From Rebecca billardiae RCC1528 (Eukaryota > Protista > Haptophyta): a stretch of 64,000 bases of DNA. The stretch covers positions 1,240,001-1,304,000 of the forward strand of contig OZ251240.1 of the NCBI GenBank assembly GCA_965240325.2, read 5' to 3'. Below are positions 9,844 through 22,372 of this stretch, in pieces; within the stretch, counting starts at the first letter, position 1, and each line of letters opens with the position of its first letter. Both the position numbers and the translations under genes were made by a program. The notes beneath the pieces were generated by a model that saw only the letters and a program-made list of their open reading frames with translations, was not told the DNA's origin and made no database searches.

Positions 9844-11827
9844 TCCGCCGCGCCGCCGCCGCCGCTGTCGGCGCGCGCGAGCATCGACGGCATGCGACTT
9901 CTCTCGGAAACTTCCGACGCGTTCATCTGCGTGACCCTGGACTGGTGGCCCGAGAATAAGTGCGACTACGGCCGGTGCCAATGGGCGAACGCGTCCGTGC
10001 TCAGCGCCGACCTCGGCTCGGCGCGGCTCGTGCACGCGCTCCGTGCGCTGCGCCCCGTCACGCTTCGCGTCGGCGGCACCGCCGAGGATAACATCACCTA
10101 CGCCCATTTCCACGGCGGCGAGGAAAGCAAGGATACGAATACTGAAGAAGAAATCATGCTCCACGGCAACCACCACGACGGCGGCGGCGCCGGAGGAGAG
10201 AAGGAGCAGCACGAAAACGCACGACACGGGAGCCAGCGGACAAGAAACCTGCTGGCGGCCGAGGACAGCGGCAGCAGCAGCCTGCATCGCGCCGCCGCAG
10301 AGCCGTCCGCGGCGGAGCGTGGCGGCGGCCGCGCCGAGGGCGAGGGCGGCGGGAGGCGCGGCGTGGCGGCGGCGGCGCGCGGCGGCGCTGCGCGCGGCGG
10401 CGCTGGGGCGGACGAGGAGGCGGCGACAGCGCGCACTCACGCCGAGTCGGAGTGCCCGACCTTCACGCCGCGGCCGCCCGTGCCGGCGAACAACTTCCGC
10501 GGCGGCTGCCTCACCGCGCAGCGCTGGGACGAACTCGCCGGACTCGCCCAGAGGTCCGGCGCGCGCCTCGTGCTCTCAATCAACTCGGTCGTGGGCCGCT
10601 CCAACCGCTCGCTCGCGGAAAACGTATGGGACGCGCGGCAGGCGCGCGCGCTGCTGCGGCGCGCGCGCGCGCGGGGGCAGGCTGTGTGGGGCGTCGAGTA
10701 TGGTAACGAGCCGGGCCACGCGCCGCCCTCAAGCTACGTCTTCTGCGAGCCGCCCAAGCGCGGCGGCAGGCCGTGCGCGCTCGGCAGCGCGGCGCAGATG
10801 ATTCGGCTGTACGCACAGGGGCTGCGCGCGCTCGACGATCTCGTGAGCGAGATCTACGGCCCGCGCGACAATCTCGTGAGCGAGATTGACGGCCCGCGCG
10901 CGCACGCCGTGGAGGAGGAGGGCGACAACAACAAAGGCGGCGGCGGCGTCGATGGCGGCGCGGGCGAGGCCGACGCGCCCGACGACGACGACTATGACGA
11001 GCATCACGACCGCCCCCGCGCCGCGCCGCGCCGCCCCCTCATCCTCGGCCCGGCGGCGACCTGGCTCGAGCCGCGCTCGGCGCGCGCGTACGCGCGCGCG
11101 TGCGGCCGCGCGCTCGACGTCTTCACATTCCACTGGTATCCGCTGGGCCCGGCGTACGGCCGCGGCGGGCTGCTGGGGCGGATGCTGGGCGCGCGTGGCG
11201 CGACGTATGCCAAGACGGCGCGCGCCGCCGTCGACGCGATGCGCGCCGGCGCGGCCGACGCGGCCGCGGACCGCGCGCGCGGCGCTCGCGGCCGGCGGCG
11301 CGGCACGCGCGCCGCGTCGACCGCGCCGCGCCCGCCGCGCTCGCCACGCGTGTGGCTGGGCGAGTCGGGCGGCGCGTACAACTCCGGGCACGCGCGTCTC
11401 TCCGGCTCCTTCGGCAACAGCTTTTGGTTCGCACCCTTCCTCGGCGGCCTCGCCGCGGGCGGCGCGCACACCGTCTGCCGGCAGACACTTATTGGAGGGG
11501 GGTACGAGCTGCTTAGTCGGAAGCGCGCGCTGCAGCCTACGCCAGATTACTACCTCGCCGCGCTGTTTGGCAGGCTGATGGGTCCGGAGGTGCTGCGCGC
11601 CGAGCTGCGCGTCACGCTCGCAGGGGAGGAGGCGGAGGAGGCGACGCCCACGGAGGTGGAGGCGGCGGAGGCGGCGGAGGCGGCGGAGGCGGCGAAGGCG
11701 TCGGCGCGAGGCGGCGGCGGCGGCGGCGGCGGCAATTCCGGCGGCGGCGGCAGTTCCGGCGTGGCCAAGAAGGCCAAGCAGCCTCAGCTGTCCATCTTCG
11801 CACACTGCGCGCGCGCGCCGCTGGCCC
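7993..11827 (+). CDS. Secreted fusion: plant DUF7705-like Cys-rich domain + poly-Pro linker + GH79 heparanase/beta-glucuronidase; 3' end lost in assembly gap
   Basis: Signal peptide, then GDPGMR..EAWSFCN, YPWLMLYL, CWKLDGGACDGDTRTDVTRY, YSNPQLQEI. GH79 part has FICVTLDWWPENKCDYG, LRVGGT, VEYGNE (acid/base), WLGESGGAYNSG (nucleophile), CRQTLIGG, PTPDYY. Confidence 0.82.
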
Positions 11828-12027
11828 NNNNNNNNNNNNNNNNNNNNNNNNNNNNNNNNNNNNNNNNNNNNNNNNNNNNNNNNNNNNNNNNNNNNNNNNN
11901 NNNNNNNNNNNNNNNNNNNNNNNNNNNNNNNNNNNNNNNNNNNNNNNNNNNNNNNNNNNNNNNNNNNNNNNNNNNNNNNNNNNNNNNNNNNNNNNNNNNN
12001 NNNNNNNNNNNNNNNNNNNNNNNNNNN
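11828..12027. other. Assembly gap (200 N)
   Basis: Run of N. Confidence 1.
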
Positions 12028-13085
12028 CGGCGGCCGCCCGCGGCCGTAGCTTGTAACGGACTGGCGGGGGCCGGCCCGAGGCGGCGGGCTGGCCGGGGCC
12101 GGGCGGCGCCGCGGCGCGGGCCCCGCGGCCGCGGGCCAGCAGATGCCGACGGTGTCAACGGTCCGACGCGATATATATTATAATATATGATACGCCATGT
12201 CAGTGTTGAGTGTACTGTAGCCCCACTGATGACGACTCCGCCCGACTTGGCGACTACCCTAACTAACTACCGTTACTGGCGGGAGACCCTGACCGGTAAG
12301 GCGGTAACCCGTCGTAGTAGTTACTACGCTACCGGCCCGTACCGTCATCACTATTCACTTTCAGACGACTTCTTATAATGTCGTAGTCGTGACTCGTGTA
12401 CGTAAGTCACACCGGACTAATACTACTGTCACTGTACAGACTACTCATACAGAGTGTTATTAACAGTGTCAGTGTACGCAGCACAGCCTGTGGCTCAGAC
12501 TCCGTAGGCTACGAGTACGACTAGTACGAGTACGGAGTAGCCTGGCTGAGTACGGGCTGCGCCCGGAGTGGCCGGAGCATCCGGCCAGTCGGCGGCAGTC
12601 CGACTCGGACCGTGACTTCGGGCGATACGAGTAATCTGAGTTCGGATCAGACATCAGTTCGTCGGCGGCTCCGCCCGCGCGTCACTTCACGCGCCCGCGG
12701 ACCGTCCGGCTCCGCGGCGTCAGGACCGGGTGCCGCGTTTCATAGTGGGGCCATGTCACAGTTTCAGTGTCAGACGAGAGACATAGGACTGACCGAATGA
12801 CGTGCGGTCGCGGGTCGTGAGCCGCCACAGCAGCCACGCCGGTGGCACGCCTGACAGCGCAGATGGCAGAGCTGAGAGCAAGCCAAATGCATGCCAGCCC
12901 ATGCCAGCAGCGGTGGCAGATGACCGAATGGAAGGCCTCGATGACCAGAGCTCGCGCGGCGGAGGGGTACAATGCGCGCGCGGCGCCTGCCCACGCGCGC
13001 GCCAGGGCGTCGCCCGCTGCTCGCCGCGTGCGACCGCAGCGACGGCACAGCAGCAGCGGCGCGCCCTGCGCCACACCGTGAGCGC

Positions 13086-14031
13086 TTATCGGTAACTGCG
13101 CAGAGGCAGCGCGGTCGCGAGGAGGCGGGCGGGAAGCGGGGTGAGACACGTCGCGCGGCCGCCACGAGCCGGCGCACGCCGCCGAGCACGCCGCCATCTC
13201 GGCCCACGCCGCGCGCCACCCGCTCGGCACGGCGCGTCGTGCCGGCTCCAGACGTCAGCAGGCTGCGCACGCACGCGCGCGCGCGGCGCATCACGCACCT
13301 CTTCTGGAAGCGCGCGCGGGCACCCGGACCGCCGAACTTCTTCGGCTCGGTGCGGCGCGGGTCGGCGACGAGGAGCGTGCGGTCGAACTGCACGAGGATG
13401 TCCCGGATCTCCTTCTTCGACGCCTCGTCCACGTACTTCTGGTAGTAGGCAACAAGGCTCTTCGCAATCGCCTGTCGCCAGCGCGCGGCGCGCACACGCG
13501 TGCAGGCGCGTGCACGGTGGGGAGGGCGAGCCGAGAGCGGGCGTGAGCCGATCGCCACGCTGGCTCCACGGACGAGGGCGCGAGCGCCCACTGCCCGAGC
13601 CGCCACAGGCGCGACGAGTCCGTCTGGCCACTGTCCACACAGCGCGGCCGGGCTGCGAGCCACGTGGCCCAGTGCAGTGCGCGAGCACACCCACGCCACT
13701 CGCGCGCCGTGCGGCGGCAACGCCAGGCGTGCAGCAGAGCCATGCCCCAGGTCCCCCCACGCGCTCGCACCTGCCGGATCGCGTAGATCTGCGAGGTGTA
13801 CCCGCCGCCCTTGCACCGGATGCGGATGTCGACCTGCGCGAACCGATCCTGGCCAAGCAGCAGCACGGGCTCAAAGACCTTGTACCGCAGCAGCTCGGGC
13901 TGAATGAGCTCGATGGGCGTGCCGTTGAGCTTGAGGATACCCTTCCCCTTCTTGCAGTACGCGACGGCCACCGCCGTCTTCTTCCGCCCGAAGCACTGCA
14001 CGGCCTGCGGCGCGCTCGCTGGCGTCGACAT
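13086..14031 (-). CDS. RPS16: 40S ribosomal protein S16 (uS9); exons 14031-13771, 13471-13299, 13095-13086
   Basis: [14 protein letters not shown]...[13 protein letters not shown]|[16 protein letters not shown]...[22 protein letters not shown]|YR*. Two canonical GT-AG introns. Confidence 0.97.
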
Positions 14032-14196
14032 GATGGGGAAGCGCGCCCACCCTGCGAGCCCGCTGCTGGCACGTCGACGACCACGCCGAGCGAGGTTTTT
14101 CGCTCGCGCGCGGCGAACTCGATTTCTTTTTCCGCGGCTCGGAGTCCGGGAGAATCCGCAGGACGCGGCCGCGCGGAGAGCCGGGGACTGCGGACT

Positions 14197-14271
14197 AATT
14201 CTATGATTTAAAGACACAGGCACGAGGGCGCAGCTCTCCTGATTCGTCTGTAGTGGTACTGGTCGAAGCTT
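14197..14271. repeat. ~74-nt dispersed repeat, copy 1
   Basis: Reverse complement of 38566-38639 apart from a 1-nt indel. Confidence 0.9.
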
Positions 14272-14567
14272 GCAGCAGTGGCAGTGGTGTGAGCGCGTTG
14301 ATGTTGGTCCCCATGGCGGATGACTGGGGAGCTCGGCATTTCCGGACCACCGCACTCGGCGGTGACTAAACTCCGCCAGTTTGTGGCCCGGACACCACCC
14401 TGCCGGGCGGGCGTGGGCGTGGCCGCGGGCAGGATGATACAGGAATACAGCGCGCAACGACTTAGTGACAGACTCTCGGATGTACGTCATGCATTCACAC
14501 TCGCGAAGGAGCCCACACGCCGGCCTACGCGGATCCCGATGGCATCGGACTCAGAGCGGACTGAAGC

Positions 14568-16177
14568 CTATGTCGGCAGCGCGGGCTCGCCCTTGCACGG
14601 CAGCTTGATCACGATCGCGGTGATGTCGTCCCGATAGTCGCCCTCCTCCGCGCGCCACTTCTCGGCAGCGGCGAGGATCAGCCTGCGGGCGGCGCGGGGC
14701 AGGGCGGGGCCGGCGGCAGGGCGCGGGCGCGTCTGAGCCTCCGCGCCACGGGCGCCCGGCGCGTCGGGCAGGCTCACGCGCGGCCGGCCGCCCAGCCGCC
14801 GGCGCGCGGCGCGGCCGCGCGCACTTGGAGCAAGCCGCTGTCGCGCCCTGCGACTCAATGTGGCGCGCGATGATGTTCACGGCCGCCTGCGAGTCGATGA
14901 ACTCCCAGATGCCGTCGGAGGCGATGATGAGGAAGTCGTCGTCCTCGCGCAGCACGTGGCGCGTCACCTCGGGCTCGGCGACCACGCCCACCTTCGTCGC
15001 CAGGTGGTCGCCGATCGAGCGCGACATGGCCAGGCCGGGCCGCACCATCGAGCTGTTGGTCCACACGCGCGCGGGGCCACCCCAGTCCTCCGCTGGCGAG
15101 ACGTACCCTCCGCGCTTCAGGATGCGCGCCTGCTCGCTCTTGCCGTCGGGCTTGTGGTCGCGGCTGAGCTCGAGCGCGGTGTACGTCACGTTGCCGCCAC
15201 CCGAGGCCTTCGAGCTCCTCGCGAGCACTGTGTGCGGTGGCGGAGGCGGAGGCGGGCGGGCGGGCGGGAGGCACGCCCCGCGCGCGGGGGGTCCAGGCGG
15301 GCGCGTGAGCGCGCGAGAAAGAGCGAGCGCGCGTGCGCACGGCGCGGGCGGGCGAGGCGTCCGCGGGCGGGCGGGCTGGCGAGCGGGAGGCTCGCGCGCA
15401 TCCGCACCTGCGCGCGAGTCGCCCGCCCACGCGAGGTGGAGCACCTTGCCGAGCATGAGCGCCACAGTGGCGGTCGTCCCCGAGAGCGAGCTCTCAACCG
15501 ACGCCTCCGCCTGCAGCAGCGCGTCCGCGCGGAGGAAGGACTCCTTGAGCGCGCGCTCGGGCTCGTCCTCGAGCGCCGGGTGGTCCTCTAGCAGCAGCTG
15601 CAGCGCGTTCGCGACGAAGTGCGCGCACGAGTCGCCCGAGCCGCCGTGGCCGTCGAAGACGGCGAAAACCGCGTTGTCCGAATTCTCAGAGAAGGGATAA
15701 GAAATCAGCCCGCGGTCCTGGTTGATCTTGCCGTGCGGCCGGCCCTCTTGCTGCGAGGGCTCGATGCCGTGGCACGAGTACGTGCCGACGATCGTCTTGG
15801 GGAAGAGCAGGTCGGAGTCCTTCACCGGCTTGCCCATCTCGGTGCTGGCGGCGGAAGGGATTTGCACACACAAACGGGCGCGCGCACGCGTGTCATCAGG
15901 CCCGGCAGCGAACGGCGGTGCAGCACCGCGGGGGGTTGGGGCTGCTCGTTGCATGCGCACAGCACGCTGCTGCATGCACACGGGCGCGTGCGCGTGCACC
16001 CGCAGACGCTCACCTCAGCGCCATCACGCGCGAGCGCGCCTTGCGCGCTGGCGCGGTCGTGCCGTCATCGAGCGCCTCGCCAAGCGTCTCGACGGAGAGG
16101 CGGCGCCTGCGGAAGGACGCGGACTCCACTTTGGCAGCAACCGCTGCGGGTGCTGGCAGCGCTGCAGGAGGGGACAT
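14568..16177 (-). CDS. PP2C/PPM-type protein phosphatase (spliced)
   Basis: KINQDRG, VFDGHG, AWAGDSRA, LSRDHKPD, PGLAMSRSIGD, SDGIWEFI, YRDDIT. First exon MSPPAALP... ends at a GT donor at 16013. Confidence 0.93.
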
Positions 16178-17166
16178 GGCGGCGAGAGACGTGATTCGTC
16201 CCCGCGCGCGTGCGCTTTGCTCGTGTCGAGCTCGTGCCTGTTGGCGGGACTGGGCGATGCAGCCACGGTGAGTCGACCGTGTAAGTGGGTACTCACCTTC
16301 TTCCGAACTCACATTTGACTTGGTTGGGTTGACGCGACCTGCACTCAGAATCGAATCGAAGCTACGAAGACCTTCGCTCCGTCGCTTGGACTGTAGGGGG
16401 ACGGGGTTAAAGAGAACCCACATACGGGGCTTGTGCTCTATTAGCGTCGTCAGTTCGCCCACCGGCTTCTATGTGGGTTTGCCATGCGGGTGCTTGACCC
16501 CCATGGTGGCGACGGCGGATATACTGTATCGTGGGAAGCCCAAGTCTCGGTTCATTAAGGTTCGCCGAAAGCCATCAGTCATCAATGAAGCTAGCGGCTC
16601 TAAGTATTTCGAGGGCTTCGTTGATGAATCGTTGATGATGAATTCGCCGCCTTCTTGCAGTCGCAGCTTATTAATTGATGCCGGTTCGCACAAGGGGAGC
16701 ATTCGCACGTCGACTCGATGGCGAACATCAGCCATCACACTGACACGGGGGGTCTGCAGTCACGTGGCTTGAGTTGACGCGGCCCGCGCGGGCGGGCCCG
16801 CGGCGGCACCGCGGGCCCGCGGCGGTACCCAGTCGGAATCGGTGGTCCCAGCAGTCCGCAGTCGTCTGCCGGGCCGCCGGACACGGCCCGGGCTGGCCAT
16901 ACCGTCGCGGCCAGGGGCCGCACACTATTAGTAATACTAGTATTAGCGCGGAGTAGTGAATGAGCCGCCGCGGGGCCCGGGGCGCACCCGCGGCGGCGCA
17001 CCGGTGGCCGCGGCGACCGCGGCTGCCACTACCACCGCTGAGGCGCGGCTGAGCGGGCCGGGTTCGGGCCCCGTGGCCGTGACCGGCCGTGCCGTGCTGC
17101 CTGCTGGCCGGGCCGCGGCCGGTTGCGATCTGACGAGCTGACGCTGTGGCCTGTGCCGTCTAGGCG

Positions 17167-18644
17167 TCAGGCAACGATTCGCCGCCGCCCCCTGCCAGTG
17201 CCAGGGTGTACGATGCCGCGACCGGATTCGCCGCCGTGCCTGGCGCGCGCTACGCCGTACGGCGCGCGCGCGCCCGCGCTCGGCCTGCCCTGCGCCTCGC
17301 CGCCTGCGGCCTCCGCCGCCGCCGCCGAGCGCGCCGCCGCGCCCGCGCCCGCGCGCTCGCGCTCAGCAATGCGCGCGGCGAGGGCGGGCTGGCCCGCGCG
17401 CTCGCACAGCAGGCTGAGCGCGTGGAGGGCGGGCGGCCGGAGCGCGCCGCCGCGCGCGGCGCGCGCGCGCACGTACAGCCGCAGCGCCGCGCGCAGCTCG
17501 CCCGCCGCGCACGCCGCGCGCAGCGCCAGCTCGAGCGTGCGCGGCTGCGGCTGGAGCGCCGGCCACTCGCGGCGCAGTTGGGCCTCCAGGCCGAGCACGC
17601 GCGAGAAATTGGCCGCGCGCAGCTGCGTGTGCATGAGCTGTTGATAAGTGAACTCGTTCGGACGCACATACGTCGAGAAGTGGTTGGTCCGCTGCTGCAT
17701 CGCGGCGAACACGTCCTCCGCCGCCGATGCCAGCCCCGCCTTCCCGTAGGCCTTGATCAGCGCCGTGTACGTGTACACATCGGGCGCGAGGCCTGAGTCC
17801 TGTACCGCTCGGAAAGTCCGGAGCGCTCGAGACACGTCCCCGGCGACGGCGCACGCGGAGAGAAGCGCGTTGTACGCCGCGACGTCCGGCGCGACGCCGC
17901 TCAGCTTCATCTGCTCGAACACGTCGAACGCGCGCGCAAGCGCCGGGTGCTGCTGCTGCTCAGCAGCGGACGCAGCCGCGGCCGCCGCCGCGGTCGCCGC
18001 CGCGGCCGCCGCCGCCGCCGCCGAGCTGTCGGCCGCGCCGCCGCCGCCGCCGCCGTCGACAGCGCGCGGCTCGGCACCAAGCTCAACGGCCGCGCCGCGC
18101 GCGCCGCCGGCGAGCACGCCGGCCTCCGCGCCGTCACCACCCGCGTCCCGCCCGACGAGCGTGCGCAGCACCGCCTCTGTCTCCTCAGAGTCCCGCGCCG
18201 CGCGCTGCAGCTCAGCAAGCAGGCGGGTGACGCGCGCCTCTGTGCGCGGCGCCGCGCCGGGCGCGCCGGCGCGCTGCGCGGCCGCCTCGCTGCCGAGCTG
18301 CGAGAGCGCGTCGCGCGCGGCGTTGGAGGAGCGATGGGCGTGCTCGCACGCGCGGAGCACCGCCCCGCGCGCGCTCGCCGAGAGCCGCGCGCCCTCGCCG
18401 AAGCCCCCAGTCGCCACCGCCGCGCCGCCGCCTTCGCCGCTGCCGTCGTCGCCGCCGCGCCGCGACGCCTCGCGCGGGCGCCGGTCATCGAAGATGTTGA
18501 CGAGCAGCCGCGCCGCCGCCAGCGCGCCGCGCGCCACCTCGCGCGTCAGCTCCACCGCCCGGCCGAGCTCGCTCTCGAGTCCGCTCTCGAGTCCGGGGAT
18601 CCGGGCGACGGCCGGTGGTGTCGCAGTGGGCGCGCGCGGCTCGC

Positions 18645-18680
<36 letters not shown>

Positions 18681-20043
18681 CGGCGGCGGCGGCGGCGGTG
18701 CCGGCGGCGGGCGCGGCGGGCGGTGCGCCGGCGGTGCGCCGGCGCGGCTCCTCGGCGTGCGCGCGCGCGCGCGCCGCGCCGAGCGCGCCCACCAGCTCGC
18801 GCACCTTGTCGAAGGCGCTCGAGAGCCGCTGCATCCGGCCGCAGAAAGTGGCAACCTCCACGGCGGTATCGGTCGGGAGTGGAACACGCTCCGCGCGCAT
18901 GAGTGCGAGCACGGCGCCGAGCTGCGGGACGTCCTGCACGTCCATCGCGCGGCGGAGGAGCGACGTGTACATCCGGCGGCTCGGCCTGTACCCCGCCGCG
19001 ATCATCTCCTCCACCACGCCCACCGCGCGCTCGACGTCGCGCGCGCGAATCAGCGTATTAAATAAAACGTCGTAGGTGACATCGTTTGGGAGAATCCCCG
19101 AGGCCCGCATCTGCTCGTAGTGCTCGAGCGCGCCGTCGAGCCGGCCGGCCTTGCCGTGCGCGTCGATGAGCGCGGTCCACGTGAACACGTTGGGCGAGAT
19201 CCCCTCCGCCTGCATCTCGCGCAGCGTGTCCAGCGCGCGGCGCAGCTCGCCCGCGCGGCCGCACGCGTGGATGAGGGTCGAATATGTCACGGCATTCGGT
19301 TGGAGCGCCGAGTGCCGCATCATGCGCACGACGGAGAAGGCGGCGTTGACGCGCTCGGCGCGCGCGCAGCCGTTGATCACGATGGAGAACGTGCGCCCAT
19401 CCGGCGCGAGCCCCGTCTGCTTCATCTCGCGGAACGTGCGCAGCATGGACGTTACGTTCCCGGTGCGCGCGTACGCGTCGAGCAGCGAATTGAAAGTAAC
19501 GGCCGTGGGCGCGAGCGCGGCCTCGCGCAGCTGCGCGACGTAGGCGGAGGCGGCCTCGGGGTCGCCCGCCTTGGCGCACGCCTGGATCACCGAGTTGAAC
19601 ACCTGCGTGTCCGGCGCGCAGCCCAGCTCGAGCATCTCGCCGAAGATCCCTTCGGCGAGCTCGCGCCGGTGCGCGCGCGCCGCGCGCGAGATGAGCGTCG
19701 AGAACGTGACGGCGGTGGGCGCGGGGCCGTGCTCGAGCATGCGGCGGTAGCCGTCGATGGCGCAGTCGAGGAACCCGCCGTCCGCGAGCTGGAGCAGCAG
19801 CTGGTTGCACGCGCGGATCCCCGGCCGCTCCTGACGCAGCGACTGCTCGAAGAGCCGAAGCGCGGACCGGCCGTCGCCGGAGGACACGCGCGCGCGGCTG
19901 CGCGTGAGCAGCCCGGGCGCCGGGCGGGACGGGCCGCGGGCGGGGCTCGGCCGTGGCGGGCTCAGCTCCGCGCGGGCGGCCGCGGCGCACAGGGCGATCG
20001 CCACCGTGGCCAGAGCCCCGCGCAGTCCAGAGACTTCCACCAT
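17167..20043 (-). CDS. Pentatricopeptide-repeat (PPR) protein, probably plastid-targeted
   Basis: Many 35-aa repeats (PNAVTYSTLIHACGRAG, PDVYTYTALIKAYGKAG). Signal-peptide-like N-terminus from ATG 20043; the longer track ORF extends into the transposon arm. Confidence 0.92.
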
Positions 20044-20075
20044 CGCGCCGACGCCCGCTCGCGTGGCCGCCCTTT

Positions 20076-21198
20076 CAAGGGGAGTCAGGGTACAGCACGT
20101 CCAGTTGGGCTGCAGCTGGAGCTTGGGTCCAAAAGCTTCCCGCGGCGCAGCGGCACTCGCCGCCGCCGCCGCCGTGGAGGGGCGGTTGTGGCGCGCACGG
20201 CGTGAGCCGCTGCGGGCGCTGAGGTGCGCGCGACGGCGGCGCGCCCGGCGGCGCTGCTGTAGGAGGCCACTGCCCTCCTCTCTGCCCCGCGCGCTTCGCT
20301 CGTCGTCGCCGTCGCCGCGCCTGCGACCAGCGCGCACGCGAGCGCCGCACCGCCCGGAAGCCGGGGCAATCTCAGCCGTGACTGCGCATGTGCGTCGCGA
20401 CCTGGTCGGCCCAGCGCGCGAGGCGCGCGCGGGCGAGGCAGGGCCAGTGTGGCCGCGCGCCATGCCGCCTCGACCTTGCGCCAGTGGGCATGTCGCGGGC
20501 CTTGCACCTCTGTCGACAACGTTGACAAACAATGCGGCCCCCAAGCGCAGACGTCAGTGTGCACGATCGAGACAGTAGGCGTACAGACGCGATAGTTGCA
20601 GAGCCTTTTGTGATCATGCGAGTCATGTATCGTCAGTGACTCTCGCCCAGGTCGTCTGCGCGCTGAACTGACGTTTTGACTGAGTGCCTCGAGATCGCCT
20701 CGACGATGGCCCGTGCATTGCTTGAAGACTCGACACCGAGTCCAAGCGGCCAACCAGACACACGTGCTCAGTTCCCTGTTGTACGCTCAGATGGGCTTAC
20801 TTGAGGCGGCATGGCGCGCGGCCACACTGGCCCTGCCTCGCCCGCACGCGCCTCGCGCGCTGGGCCGACCAGGTCGCGACGCACATGCGCAGTCACGGCT
20901 GAGATTGCCCCGGCTTCCGGGCGGTGCGGCGCTCGCGTGCGCGCTGGTCGCAGGCGCGGCGACGGCGACGACGAGCGAAGCGCGCGGGGCAGAGAGGAGG
21001 GCAGTGGCCTCCTACAGCAGCGCCGCCGGGCGCGCCGCCGTCGCGCGCACCTCAGCGCCCGCAGCGGCTCACGCCGTGCGCGCCACAACCGCCCCTCCAC
21101 GGCGGCGGCGGCGGCGAGTGCCGCTGCGCCGCGGGAAGCTTTTGGACCCAAGCTCCAGCTGCAGCCCAACTGGACGTGCTGTACCCTGACTCCCCTTG
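20076..21198. mobile_element. Non-autonomous foldback element, 396-bp TIRs, CAAGGG termini, 7-bp TSD
   Basis: 20076-20471 is the reverse complement of 20803-21198. GCCCTTT lies at 20069-20075 and 21199-21205. Confidence 0.9.
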
Positions 21199-21304
21199 GC
21201 CCTTTCGTGACGGGGTAGCTCCTCACCGGCGGCAGGAACCCCACCCGCACGGCACTGGGCAGATGAGCAAACGGCTCCGGAGCACGTGCCCGCTGCAGGA
21301 GCCA

Positions 21305-22358
21305 GAGGCCGCTCGAGCGACTTCGTGTCTGGCGAGGCAGATCGCGCCAGTGCGTGGCGAGGCAGACGCTCGCCTGCCTCGCCGCTTGGCGAGGCAGCTA
21401 AGCTAGTAACGCCGCGGCCGAACTTTACGAAAGCCAAATGTCTGCCGGTGCGCCGCCCGTCTTTTGCGCACGGTGACAAGGGCGCGCGAGGGCGCTTCCT
21501 CACGATCCCGAAGAGCGCTGCGCGCGGCGTCGCGTTGGCGGCGGCAGCGGCGCTGGGGTGTATCTTGCCCATTCTGCGTGGCGGCGCGCTCTCATGACGC
21601 CTCGGCCGCCGCCACGCCATGCGCGACCGGGCGTGTCGCCTTCTTGACGGGCAGTGCACACGCCCTTGCAAGCGCACAGCCGTGAAGAGCCGAGAGCGTC
21701 CGTCGCGAGCACGCCGCCCACGCGGGATGCGTTATGCTGTCACCGAAGCCACCTTGCGCATGCGCTTCGCCGAGTTCGCCATGCGTTCAGAGCAGTCAAG
21801 ATCGCTGAACGAGAGGATGTCATCGGCTGAAATGCAGGTTAGCAGTGCTCATCGTAGCTGCTACCCATGGTCATCCTGGCTCGCACATGCCAGAGCGCGA
21901 GCACCCAGTGTCATACGAATAGCCCTGGCAACGCATCCCGCGTGGGCGGCGTGCTCGCGACGGACGCTCTCGGCTCTTCACGGCTGTGCGCTTGCAAGGG
22001 CGTGTGCACTGCCCGTCAAGAAGGCGACACGCCCGGTCGCGCATGGCGTGGCGGCGGCCGAGGCGTCATGAGAGCGCGCCGCCACGCAGAATGGGCAAGA
22101 TACACCCCAGCGCCGCTGCCGCCGCCAACGCGACGCCGCGCGCAGCGCTCTTCGGGATCGTGAGGAAGCGCCCTCGCGCGCCCTTGTCACCGTGCGCAAA
22201 AGACGGGCGGCGCACCGGCAGACATTTGGCTTTCGTAAAGTTCGGCCGCGGCGTTACTAGCTTAGCTGCCTCGCCAAGCGGCGAGGCAGGCGAGCGTCTG
22301 CCTCGCCACGCACTGGCGCGATCTGCCTCGCCAGACACGAAGTCGCTCGAGTGGCCTC
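21305..22358. mobile_element. Non-autonomous foldback element, 429-bp TIRs, apparent 5-bp TSD
   Basis: 21305-21733 is the reverse complement of 21930-22358 (one mismatch seen near the tip). AGCCA lies at 21300-21304 and 22359-22363. Confidence 0.85.
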
Positions 22359-22372
22359 AGCCAGGAATCAGC

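Noticed and set aside
12028-12183. C-terminus of the 1406-aa ORF after the gap
   Set aside because: Frame across 200 Ns is arbitrary, and the sequence looks like intergenic low-complexity DNA.
14197-14271. C/D-box snoRNA or tRNA reading of the 74-nt repeat
   Set aside because: The C box is imperfect (ATGATTT), and there is no convincing terminal stem or cloverleaf.
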